A DNA stretch of 64,000 bases. Origin: Candidatus Uhrbacteria bacterium (GTDB lineage Bacteria > Patescibacteriota > Patescibacteriia > UBA9934 > UBA10169). Shown piece after piece: positions 1 through 8,557 of the stretch. The number at the start of each line of letters is the position of its first letter. Within the stretch, counting starts at the first letter, position 1. The position numbers and the translations under genes were made by a program. Where the stretch lies: positions 25,587 to 89,586 of the forward strand of contig JACPJO010000003.1 in assembly GCA_016187485.1 (NCBI GenBank), read 5' to 3'. The notes under the pieces were generated by a model, which worked only from the letters and a program-made list of their open reading frames with translations, was not told the DNA's origin and ran no database searches.

Positions 1-2
1 CC

Positions 3-380
3 CACCAGCGTGTGTCCGGCCAAAGCGTCGGTCGCGATCTCGATCTCGAAATCGCACCACACAGTGTTCTCGCGCGTCCCTACGCCACGGTAGACGCCGA
101 CCGGAATCTCGACGAGGTTGCAGACCGTGTCGCAGGTCTGCACGTCGAAGGTCCGCGCCGTGTCGGTGGGCGTGAGCGTGACGTGGACGCCGGTGATGGG
201 TGCGGGGGCATCGATGTAAGCACTCCCGTACTCGACAGTGTCGTCGTCGCCGTTGCCGTCGTCGTCCGCGACCGGATCGTCGTCGCCCGTGGGCGACTCG
301 ACCGGCGTGCCGGGAGTGCATCCCACGAACATCATGAGGGCCAGAAGGGAAAGGAACTGCGCTGCGAAGATGCGGGTCAT
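3..380 (-). CDS. Putative lipoprotein with Asp-rich linker (C-terminus runs off window start; not in ORF track)
   Basis: Manual translation MTRIFAAQFLSLLALMMFVGCTPGTPVESPTGDDDPVADDDGNGDDDTVEY..., open to the window edge; GGAGGAGG SD upstream; hydrophobic signal ending in lipobox-like FVGC. Confidence 0.75.
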   Translation of the reverse strand, partial: MTRIFAAQFLSLLALMMFVGCTPGTPVESPTGDDDPVADDDGNGDDDTVEYGSAYIDAPAPITGVHVTLTPTDTARTFDVQTCDTVCNLVEIPVGVYRGVGTRENTVWCDFEIEIATDALAGHTLV

Positions 381-430
381 GACCGCCTCCTCCGTTGCCC
401 ACCCAAGACATATGGGTGGAACCTAATCTA

Positions 431-469
431 TAAGTACTATAAATAGGCATTTTTGTCAATGCCTATTTA
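431..469 (-). promoter_or_regulatory. Sigma70-type promoter overlapped by an 11-bp inverted repeat (candidate operator)
   Basis: Minus strand TTGACA(459-454)-17 nt-TACTTA; TAAATAGGCAT(440-450)/ATGCCTATTTA(459-469) inverted repeat. Confidence 0.55.
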
Positions 470-569
470 CTATCTTTTCGCCTAAACTTAGCGAATAAAC
501 ACTTCTCTGCCGAACACATTTTTTACTCTTTTTGTCATTTTTCCCTCACCTTAGCCACATTCCAGCTTA

Positions 570-642
570 CGAACTTCACACAAGTGCCGATCGGCACTTA
601 CGTGAGGTTTTTCTACTTATCCACATCCCGGTGCCAGGCACC
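570..642. repeat. Composite REP-like palindrome module, copy 1
   Basis: 40-bp imperfect palindrome (570-609), 34/40 identical to 57781-57820, followed by GGTGCCAGGCACC (630-642). Confidence 0.7.
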
Positions 643-704
643 GGCAATTTGAAAGCGACCCGTGGGGGTCGCTGCGAAGAAGGAACAGGGGCAGAGCCGA
701 CGCG

Positions 705-1202
705 CTACGCGGCGGCTTCGCAGGTCTCGTCCCACCAGGTGGCGAGCGAGAAGGCCTCGTGTCGGCGCTGGATCTCCTCGGTCTCCGGATGTTCCACGCC
801 GTACTCGACGCAGAGCGCCGGGCTGTTGTTGTCTCCTCGCCCGATGTAGACGAGCGCGACACGCTCGCTCGTGATCGTGAAGCCCTCCTGGTTCCTGCCG
901 CCATCGCACGGGGCTCCCCAACCGAGCTTGACCTGCGAGATGGAAAGGCCGCGGCCCAGATCGAGCCACGCGTCGGGTTCGAGAAGGGAGAGCTGGTCGT
1001 TGGCGATCTCGTGGGCGCCAAGCGCGACCACGGCGCGCGTTCCGATGAGCCCGCGGATCTTGGGCTCGACCCAGGAGATGAAACGCATGACCTCGACGGC
1101 GTCGAGAACGTAGGTGGAGTCGGCCTTGTTGGGACCCTTGTTGGGACCCCAGCACAAGCCGATGCCATGGATGGGAAGTTCCGAGAAAGGAATGCGCGGC
1201 AC
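705..1202 (-). CDS. Hypothetical protein
   Basis: GTG start after GGAG SD; followed by hairpin terminator 654-673; no recognisable motif. Confidence 0.55.
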   Translation of the reverse strand: MPRIPFSELPIHGIGLCWGPNKGPNKADSTYVLDAVEVMRFISWVEPKIRGLIGTRAVVALGAHEIANDQLSLLEPDAWLDLGRGLSISQVKLGWGAPCDGGRNQEGFTITSERVALVYIGRGDNNSPALCVEYGVEHPETEEIQRRHEAFSLATWWDETCEAAA

Positions 1203-1313
1203 GGCAGTCTCCGGACAGGGTTGAGAAAACCACGCCAACCTTCCCAAATATAGGCCCATTTGTCAACCACTTGACGGCTTTTTTGGAGTCTGGTAAAAGA
1301 AGGGCACTCGCGC

Positions 1314-1389
1314 GCGGGCGTAGCTCAATTGGTAGAGCAGCGGATTCCAAATCCGCATGTTGCGGGTTCAAGTCCTGTCGCCCGTGCCA
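1314..1389 (+). tRNA. tRNA-Trp(CCA)
   Basis: Cloverleaf; anticodon arm GCGGA-TTCCAAA-TCCGC; G73; encoded CCA end; TTGACG promoter upstream. Confidence 0.95.
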
Positions 1390-1505
1390 ATCTTCTCTTC
1401 TTTACCACCGGTCCTCCTGACCGGTTTTCCTTTTTTAAAAAGTTGACGGCCAGAGTATTTCTCCCTACTGTCTACCCTGCGAACCTTTACAGAACGGAGT
1501 CCCTC

Positions 1506-2474
1506 GTGTTTTCCTCCCTAAGGTACGGCGCCTACTCATTGCTGAGCGTATCCCTCTTCGCCTCTGCCTACCGTGTCATGAACACCCAGGTGCATGGGCT
1601 CTCCACGCCGGTCGCGTTCCTGGTCTTCAGCGTCTTTGCTCTGGCGAGTTCCGTGGTGATCACGCGGTTGTTCCACGGAGACGTCTTCCGGCACCTCTTT
1701 GATGCCTGCAGGACGTGGCAGTCGTGGGTGGCCGCCCTGGCCTATGCCGTGGGTTTCTTCCTCGGTTTGCAGGTCTATCAAGGGCCTGCAGAGGCCATCA
1801 TCGTCTTCCTTGTTGCTGATCTGTTGACGGGACCGTGCAACATCGTGGGAGAGTTCTTCGTTCTTCAGAAGAAGCCACAGAAGCCGGTGCACTCCGCACT
1901 CGCGTTCCTCGTGATCCTCGGTTGTCTGTGGGTAGAGAAGTTCGGCGTGGGGCCTGTGAATCGCGCGTTCATGGTCGTGGATGCAGTACTCGTGTTTGCC
2001 TTTGCGAACGTCATCATGGGGACAGCGTCGGAAATCTCTCGCGCACACGGACGGCAGAAGGTCGGCCTTTCTAAAGATGGAGTGCTGGTTCACGGAAACA
2101 TCGTGGCCATTCTCTTCGCGCTTGCATGGATCGTGGCAGACGTTTACAACGTCTCGCTCCTCCCTCGTCTGCACGACGTCATGCCGCCGCGCCTTCCCAC
2201 GTCAGGGGAGTGGGTAGCGCTGGCCTACCTCGGGATTTTTCCAACAGCGATAGGTCTCTCCATCCAGCACACGGTGCAGGATAAAGCGGGGTTCTTCGTC
2301 TCCGAGGCGGTAGAGGGAGTGCGGCCACTCCTTGTCTACCTCTTTGGTTTCCTCCCACTGTCGTGGCTCGTGGCCAAAGACCAACAGTGGTCCGGCGAGA
2401 AGGCGGCGGCTCTCGTCCTTGCCTGTGTTGCCGCTGGAGCTATCGTCATTTTCGAGCGCCCGCCAGAGAAGTAG
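1506..2474 (+). CDS. DMT/EamA-like multi-pass membrane transporter
   Basis: About 10 hydrophobic segments in two repeats; W.ALAYLGIFPTAIG motif typical of EamA; GTG start after GGAG. Confidence 0.6.
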   Translation: MFSSLRYGAYSLLSVSLFASAYRVMNTQVHGLSTPVAFLVFSVFALASSVVITRLFHGDVFRHLFDACRTWQSWVAALAYAVGFFLGLQVYQGPAEAIIVFLVADLLTGPCNIVGEFFVLQKKPQKPVHSALAFLVILGCLWVEKFGVGPVNRAFMVVDAVLVFAFANVIMGTASEISRAHGRQKVGLSKDGVLVHGNIVAILFALAWIVADVYNVSLLPRLHDVMPPRLPTSGEWVALAYLGIFPTAIGLSIQHTVQDKAGFFVSEAVEGVRPLLVYLFGFLPLSWLVAKDQQWSGEKAAALVLACVAAGAIVIFERPPEK

Positions 2475-2580
2475 TTCTCGTCGCGGCGCTTCTGAGACCG
2501 GTCCCGGTCTCTTTCTTTTTGCTTTTTGAAATACGAAAGACCTCCGGCGGGAGGTCTAGGGAAAAAGATCGTTGCGTCGT

Positions 2581-4458
2581 TTAGGGCGTGATGCCAAAGA
2601 CGCGGCAGTAGAACGCGAGCTCTTCTTCGAGAGCGCGCGTGATGTTCTTCGCGTCCACGAAGCCGTGGCCTTCTTCGGCGAAGGTGATGTACGTGCAGGG
2701 GACACCTCTGTGTTCGAGTGCCGCAACCATCTTCTCGGCCTGACTCGGCGGCACGGCTGTGTCCTCGAGTCCCTGGCAGATGAGCATGGGGCAGCGGAGG
2801 TGGTCCACGGCGTAGATGGGCGAACGCGTCCGCCACTCATCCTCGGGCACGAGGCCAAACAGATAGCGCGCCTCGAACTTGTGCGTGTCGTCGTTCAGCG
2901 TCGTGAGGTCGCAGATGCCGAAGTGCACGACGCCGGCCTTGAAGAAATCGGTCGTCGTGAGAGCGGCGAGCACCGTGAACCCGCTCGCGCTCTGGCCGCG
3001 AATGGCGACACGATCCTTGTCCACGCGTCCTTCGACGATGAGGTGCCGGGCGCCAGCGATGCAGTCATCCACATCGTAGATGCCCCACATGCCATTCAGG
3101 CGTTCGCGGTATTGCCGTCCGTGGTTCGAACTGCCGCGGTAGTCCACATCGAGGACGGCGAAACCGCGGCTCGTCCAGAACTGGATGATGGCGTTGAAGG
3201 AGAGGCTGGCCGCGCTTGTGGGACCTCCGTGCGAGGTCACGATGAGCGGCGGCTGCGTGCCTTCCGGCGCCTGATGTTCCGGATTCTTCGGCGGGTAGAA
3301 GAAGCCGAAAGCTCGATTGTCACCGGTCGTCTTGAACTCGATGGCCTCCGGGGTCGAGAGGTACGCCTCCGGAACAGGAGCCGTCTCTCCGATGGAGTGG
3401 AGAGGACCGCCCGGAGGGCCCACGTAGATGGTCTGGGGACGCGTCGGACTTCCCCCGAGAATGGCTACACGCGTGTTGCTCGTCCGCACCTCGGAGACTT
3501 CGGAGAGTGGCAAAGCTTTGGTGCTGTAGCGGGCGCGGGGCGTGATGGAATCTACCGCCCAGCCTTCACTCCGACGGCAGGCGGCGAAGATCACGCCGTT
3601 GCAGAACCCGTAGTGCGACAGGCCGAAGGCCCACGGGGGCCTGGTGTGCTCACCGCAGATGGGGTCGGCGGGGTTCTTGATGGTTCCGCGGCTCCAGGCG
3701 TAGATGTTCCACCACCCCGTGATGTCTGAGATGAAGTGGAGCATGCCTCCCGGCGACCACGAGGGTTCCAGAATGGACTCCGGGTGCAGCCCCTCACCAT
3801 CCACGATGATTCCGCTCTGACGAATGGTTCCGTCCGTCTGGAGCTTTCCCCGGCAGAGCTGGGTGGCGCCCCACGGCATATGGGGGTGATGCCACTGGAT
3901 CCATGCGATCTCCTTGCCGGAGGGCGAGAGCCGTGGCGCGGCATAGAAATCAGCGCCCGAAACGAGAGGGGTCACCGTGCCGTCTGCGAGGTTGATGGTC
4001 ACGATTTCGGTGGTCGCGTCCACGTTCTTTGTGGCGCCCACATGATTCTCGCGCACAGCGATGAGCCGGCGGCGCGGTCGATCCAGGGTGAGGTCGGCGT
4101 AGAGGTGGTCAGGCGCCTCTTGGGTGATGGGCACCGGAGTGTCGTCCCGCAGAGGGTTGTAGCTGTACACGCGCCCATCCTTCTTGTGGAGGAAAAAGAG
4201 CTCTCCCTCATCCACGGCCATAGCGCCGCCGCCGTAGTGTGCGGACGCGAACGCGCTCCAGGGGGCGGGGAGGACGTCTTCGGGCGTTCCGTCGGGGCCT
4301 TCCCGCACGATGACGTACCGGCCCTCCTCAACCGGCCGCTTCTCGATCCAGTACAGGCGGTCGCCGTCGAAGTGCATTTCGACCTTCGAGGCTGACGCCT
4401 TTGCCGCGAGGGCGGGCGTGAGGGGGCTTGACCAGAGGCCAAAGGGGGTAATGTGCAT
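2581..4458 (-). CDS. S9 (prolyl oligopeptidase family) peptidase / acylaminoacyl peptidase
   Basis: HGGP, DYRGS, GQSASG nucleophile elbow, QGLEDTAV, EEGHGF catalytic triad motifs. Confidence 0.92.
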   Translation of the reverse strand: MHITPFGLWSSPLTPALAAKASASKVEMHFDGDRLYWIEKRPVEEGRYVIVREGPDGTPEDVLPAPWSAFASAHYGGGAMAVDEGELFFLHKKDGRVYSYNPLRDDTPVPITQEAPDHLYADLTLDRPRRRLIAVRENHVGATKNVDATTEIVTINLADGTVTPLVSGADFYAAPRLSPSGKEIAWIQWHHPHMPWGATQLCRGKLQTDGTIRQSGIIVDGEGLHPESILEPSWSPGGMLHFISDITGWWNIYAWSRGTIKNPADPICGEHTRPPWAFGLSHYGFCNGVIFAACRRSEGWAVDSITPRARYSTKALPLSEVSEVRTSNTRVAILGGSPTRPQTIYVGPPGGPLHSIGETAPVPEAYLSTPEAIEFKTTGDNRAFGFFYPPKNPEHQAPEGTQPPLIVTSHGGPTSAASLSFNAIIQFWTSRGFAVLDVDYRGSSNHGRQYRERLNGMWGIYDVDDCIAGARHLIVEGRVDKDRVAIRGQSASGFTVLAALTTTDFFKAGVVHFGICDLTTLNDDTHKFEARYLFGLVPEDEWRTRSPIYAVDHLRCPMLICQGLEDTAVPPSQAEKMVAALEHRGVPCTYITFAEEGHGFVDAKNITRALEEELAFYCRVFGITP

Positions 4459-4558
4459 GGGGGATTCCTTTCGTCCGGCCCAATGACATCAAAGTGACGA
4501 TGGTTTGTAAAGTCGAAACCCCGCGGATGGGCGGGGTGTGAAGAAGGAACTTGTTGTC

Positions 4559-5956
4559 CTAGCTCATGGCTCTCTTGAGGTCCCACACGAACCGTTCAAG
4601 GTGAGGGATCGTGTGAGGCATGAGGCAGAGCTTGTAGACAGTGGCTGGGCACGCGTTGGGGTCGCGGCCGCTGCCATCGAGTCGCTCGATGTGGTCGCTG
4701 CGCAGGTGGTAGGGGGCCAACGGGCCGTCTCCCTGGCGCAGGTACTCGGGGATGGCGCCATCCTCGATGTTCACCTCAAGCGGCAGGAACGGCGTGGCCT
4801 TGTGGTACGGCCAGAACCGGATGCGTTCGTCGCCGTCGAAGCGATCCATGAGGAGTCCGCGCAGAAGGTCGCGCGCCCCGATGCACTTCTTCACGAACGC
4901 GCGCTGGCCCGACACGCCGAGACTGCGCATGAGGTACCACGCGAGCACGGGCGAGACGGCCGAACGCGACCCGGGAAGAGTGTCGTCCGCGTGTCCGTTC
5001 ACGTACGCGACGTCTTGGGTCACGAGTCCCTGAAGGCCCTTCCGGCAGAGGAAGATGCCGGCAGGGTAGGGCACGCCGCCCATCTTGTCGGCGTCCACCG
5101 CGATGGAGCGCACGGCGGGAAGGTCGAAGCCGAAGCGGATCTCGGGCGCCATGAAAGGGACCGTGAAGCCGCCGAAGGAGGCATCCACGTGCAGGTAGCA
5201 GTTGTCCCGTTCCCGGAGCAGGTGTGCGATCTCCTCGACAGGGTCCACGGCGCCGGTGAGGCAAACCCCCACGGTGGCGACGACGAGGAAGCGTCGGTAC
5301 CCGCCGCCCTCGAGAGACCGGATGGTCTCCATGAGGTGCTCGGGGTCCATCGCCCCGTCAGCGCGCAAGCGCACATGGAAGATCTGGCCGTGGCGCGGCT
5401 TGCTCTCGAAGCAGTGCTTCCGCCCACAGCGCGGGCATTTCTCCCAGTGCGCGCGGGCGATGTCGAGGAGCTGGGCGCCCTTGTAGACGGAGTAGTGCGC
5501 CGTCGGAGCCACGAGGATGGCGGTGCCAACCTCGAAGGGATCCGCGATCTTGCTCTGCAGGTACTCCCGTCCAATCCACATCCCCTGCAGGTTGGCTTCG
5601 GTGCCGCCGCCGCAGAAGAAACCGTCCACCGTGGCGGGCACTCCGCCCATCACACTGGCCACCATCCAGACAGCCTCGGCCTCCATACGCTGGATCTGCT
5701 CGAAGCCGCCTTCGCCCTCGGCGAACGACCAGCTATCGCCCTGCGCTTCTCCGTGCGTGTGCGTGCCGATCGCGTTCAAGTGCCGGACGAGCAGGGGGCC
5801 TGCGAGGTCCGCGAGCTCCCGCCGCAACGGGGTGCCCGGATAGCAGAAGGGGGGCGGGGTCGTCTCGTAGGGGGAGCCGATGGTCTGGACGAGTTCACGG
5901 ACTGTCTCGAGATTTGCTGGCTTCTCGGGCCAGCGCCAGGCAGGTTCTCCTGTCAT
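4559..5956 (-). CDS. Group II PLP-dependent amino-acid decarboxylase (MfnA/tyrosine decarboxylase-like)
   Basis: GGGTEAN, AHYSVYK, TGAVDP, LHVDASFGGF, DADKMG (PLP Lys), GSRS motifs; SD GGAG before ATG 5956. Confidence 0.85.
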   Translation of the reverse strand: MTGEPAWRWPEKPANLETVRELVQTIGSPYETTPPPFCYPGTPLRRELADLAGPLLVRHLNAIGTHTHGEAQGDSWSFAEGEGGFEQIQRMEAEAVWMVASVMGGVPATVDGFFCGGGTEANLQGMWIGREYLQSKIADPFEVGTAILVAPTAHYSVYKGAQLLDIARAHWEKCPRCGRKHCFESKPRHGQIFHVRLRADGAMDPEHLMETIRSLEGGGYRRFLVVATVGVCLTGAVDPVEEIAHLLRERDNCYLHVDASFGGFTVPFMAPEIRFGFDLPAVRSIAVDADKMGGVPYPAGIFLCRKGLQGLVTQDVAYVNGHADDTLPGSRSAVSPVLAWYLMRSLGVSGQRAFVKKCIGARDLLRGLLMDRFDGDERIRFWPYHKATPFLPLEVNIEDGAIPEYLRQGDGPLAPYHLRSDHIERLDGSGRDPNACPATVYKLCLMPHTIPHLERFVWDLKRAMS

Positions 5957-6135
5957 GGTCAATTCTCCACGGTAGCGAACTACCGCCATTACTCTACACT
6001 TGCCGGCTCCCTTGTCAACGGCGACTGATCAACACTAAGTGTGGATCAGTTTGTAGGGGAGAAATGCGATTTTCTAAAAGCTAGCAATTCGAAACCAGGC
6101 CTTGGGGCCTGGTGAGAGAGAAAGGATCGACTGAA

Positions 6136-7065
6136 CTAGTGGTCCCACGCGCCTTCCGGCTTGGGGGATTTCACGTCCTTCATGATTGCCCAGAGTTCCG
6201 GGTAGAGGCGTGCCGTGCGCAGGATCGCGTCGAGGTACGGGACCCCGTCTGATCCAGCGGTGCCCGCGGTGTTCGGACCCAGAAAGTGGATGGCGAGTTT
6301 GAGGTGCACCTGACGGAAGTCGAGGTACGTTTTCTCGAAGCGCCAGATTGCCTGGGCAAGCCGACGCAAGGGGTGACCCTTGTGCGCGTCGCTCATGAGG
6401 TCTCCGAGTGCGATCTCTGCCCGGACGAGCGCTTCCTTGAAGCGACACACGACCGACGGGGTACGGGCGCGCTCCTCCATCTTGAGCGTCCACCAGCGGG
6501 ACGAACGCCCGTGCATTCCTGCGGGGACGTTCATTGTTCCCCGGAACGTGAAGGTGCGACCGTGAATGGTCATGTAGGGCGAGTCCGACCGCATGCCGGC
6601 CAGGAGTTCCACCTCACGCGCCTGTGCGGATTCCGCACCGCTTGCCGGGACGACCTCGTCTCGGAACCCGACCCCTTTTTTCATGAACAGATCTTTGTCC
6701 ATGCGGAAGAGGAGGCGGGTGGAGTCGATGGCTGACTTCATCCAGGAGATGGCCCAGCGCATGTGCGGCAGGGCGCCATCGGAGTCGTCCTTCTCGATCG
6801 CGTCGCGCGTCATCTCGAGTTCACGGATGACGCGCAGAAGCGCGAGTTCGCATGCCTGGTGCACCACGATGAAGTTTGCCTCCTCGTGGTTGATCGCTGC
6901 ACGCGTGTGGGCACTGCCCACGTTCGGCTCGCCCGCTGCGGGAAGGATCACACGCAGGCCGATGTAGGTGCAGTAGTGTGGCTTGGCCGGATCGGCGACT
7001 TCATGCCCGCAGGCCAGAACGACCGTGCCGGGAGTGGATGACTCTCGCCAGTGGGACTCGTCCAT
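6136..7065 (-). CDS. kynA: Tryptophan 2,3-dioxygenase family protein
   Basis: HEEANFIVVHQACEL, PASGAESAQAREVE, FRQVH, GTAGSDGVPYL, LYPELW match TDO signature segments. Confidence 0.8.
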   Translation of the reverse strand: MDESHWRESSTPGTVVLACGHEVADPAKPHYCTYIGLRVILPAAGEPNVGSAHTRAAINHEEANFIVVHQACELALLRVIRELEMTRDAIEKDDSDGALPHMRWAISWMKSAIDSTRLLFRMDKDLFMKKGVGFRDEVVPASGAESAQAREVELLAGMRSDSPYMTIHGRTFTFRGTMNVPAGMHGRSSRWWTLKMEERARTPSVVCRFKEALVRAEIALGDLMSDAHKGHPLRRLAQAIWRFEKTYLDFRQVHLKLAIHFLGPNTAGTAGSDGVPYLDAILRTARLYPELWAIMKDVKSPKPEGAWDH

Positions 7066-8108
7066 CAGACACCCCGTACGCCCATGAGGTGCTTTGCGCG
7101 CGCCACCGTGGGAGCGATGTGCTCGCGCGCCCGCCGCCCGCCGTCATGCAGGATGGCCTCGATATAGTCGTCGCCCTGGGCCTTGATGGCCCGGTAGCGC
7201 TCCTGCAGGGGGGCGAGGAGGTTGACGATCCGATCGCCGAGGTCCGTCTTGCACGCTCCGCACTCGATGTCTCCGCTCTTGCAGGCGTTGCGGAGTTGCA
7301 GCTCGCGCGTGACATCGCCCGGCAGGAGCGTGTGGAGCTGGAAGACGCGGCAGATCTCGGGCTCTCCCGGACTGGCGCCGACGCGCGGCTCCACCGGGTC
7401 GGGCAGAGACGGGGTCGGCGGCAGCTTCTTGTCGGCGCGCCGGCACCGCTTCATGATCACGTCGGGCGTCTCGTCCAGACTGATGGTGCTCTCGGGATGG
7501 CTCTTTCCCATCTTGCCCGTACCCTTGAGGCCCGGGACGCGCACGCCGGGGCCATCCATCAGGTCGGGGACGGGGAAGAGTTCCTCGCCCACCATCTTGT
7601 TGAACCGGCGCGCAAGCGTGCGCGCCAGCTCCACGTGCGGGTGCTGGTCCTCGCCCACGGGCACGAGGTGCGCCGAGGGGGCCAGGATGTCGGCCGCCAT
7701 CAGGACGGGGTAGGTGTAGATGCCGGCGTTGGGCGGATTGCCGCCCGCGGCCATCTCGTCGCGCTTCTCCTTGAAGTGGGGAAGCCGGTCGAGCTCGCCC
7801 ATGCCCACCAGGCACATGAGCAGCCACGTGAGCTCCGTGATCTCGGGGACCGAGCTCTGCGCGTAGATGACGTGCCGCGCGGGGTCGATCCCGGCGGCCA
7901 AGTACCAGCGGACGATCTCGCGCATGTCTGCCTCGATCGCCTCGGACTCCTCGCGCGTCGTGAGCGTGTGGAGGTTGGCGATGAAGAAGAAGCACCGATA
8001 GTCGGGCTTCTCTGCGAGTTCCGCGAAGAAGCGGATGGCGCCCAGGTAGTTGCCGATGTGCAAGCGCCCGGTGGCGCGGATCCCGGAGAGGACGATTTGT
8101 GCGGACAT
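7065..8108 (-). CDS. trpS: Tryptophanyl-tRNA synthetase
   Basis: SGIRATGRLHIGNYLG (HIGH), YPVLMAADIL, VPVGEDQ, KMGKS (KMSKS). Confidence 0.95.
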   Translation of the reverse strand: MSAQIVLSGIRATGRLHIGNYLGAIRFFAELAEKPDYRCFFFIANLHTLTTREESEAIEADMREIVRWYLAAGIDPARHVIYAQSSVPEITELTWLLMCLVGMGELDRLPHFKEKRDEMAAGGNPPNAGIYTYPVLMAADILAPSAHLVPVGEDQHPHVELARTLARRFNKMVGEELFPVPDLMDGPGVRVPGLKGTGKMGKSHPESTISLDETPDVIMKRCRRADKKLPPTPSLPDPVEPRVGASPGEPEICRVFQLHTLLPGDVTRELQLRNACKSGDIECGACKTDLGDRIVNLLAPLQERYRAIKAQGDDYIEAILHDGGRRAREHIAPTVARAKHLMGVRGV

Positions 8109-8264
8109 GAGGTTTCCAGAGTACGCCCGGGGAGGAAGTTCCGCGGGGTGCCTTTACCCTAGAGCCAAGCGAAATACCTGTCAACTAAGCGAACCTCGCT
8201 GTCGTTATTTGACGTGCGTTACTCGCCTATAGTATGTTGTCTGCAGTCCTTTTCCTTATTTCAA

Positions 8265-8535
8265 AGCCATTGAACCGAGAAGTAGTAGCGTACAAGCTCC
8301 CTGGGTAGCGAGCGGGGGAGAGTGCAAGCCCCGTCATAGCGGTACGTGAAATTGGGCTCGGTGAGGCGGGTGTTGCATTGGTGACATCCCGGAAGCTCCC
8401 GTAACCATGAGCGAACGCATATCTACGGAGTGCGTAAAAGCGCCAGGCGTATTGTTTGGCAGAGAGGTGGTACCGCGGGAAGAATCCCCGTCCTCTCAAG
8501 TCACCTATGGTGGCTTGCAAGGACGGGGCTTTTTG
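8265..8535 (+). promoter_or_regulatory. T-box riboswitch, Trp specifier, transcriptional terminator type
   Basis: Stem I CCGAG-AAGTAGTA...GAAAT-TGG-G-CTCGG with TGG at 8353-8355; T-box GGTGGTACCGCG at 8466-8477; terminator CCCCGTCCT...AGGACGGGG-CTTTTT at 8486-8535. Confidence 0.85.
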
Positions 8536-8557
8536 TACCCGCACTGGAGGAACGACG

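Noticed and set aside
1329-1505. N-terminal extension of the DMT ORF
   Set aside because: Overlaps tRNA-Trp and its terminator; the GTG at 1506 has an SD.
2572-8184. Long antisense and alternate-frame ORFs (e.g. 2572-3729, 4538-6028, 6978-8162)
   Set aside because: Shadow ORFs of GC-rich genes that carry clear family motifs on the other strand or frame.
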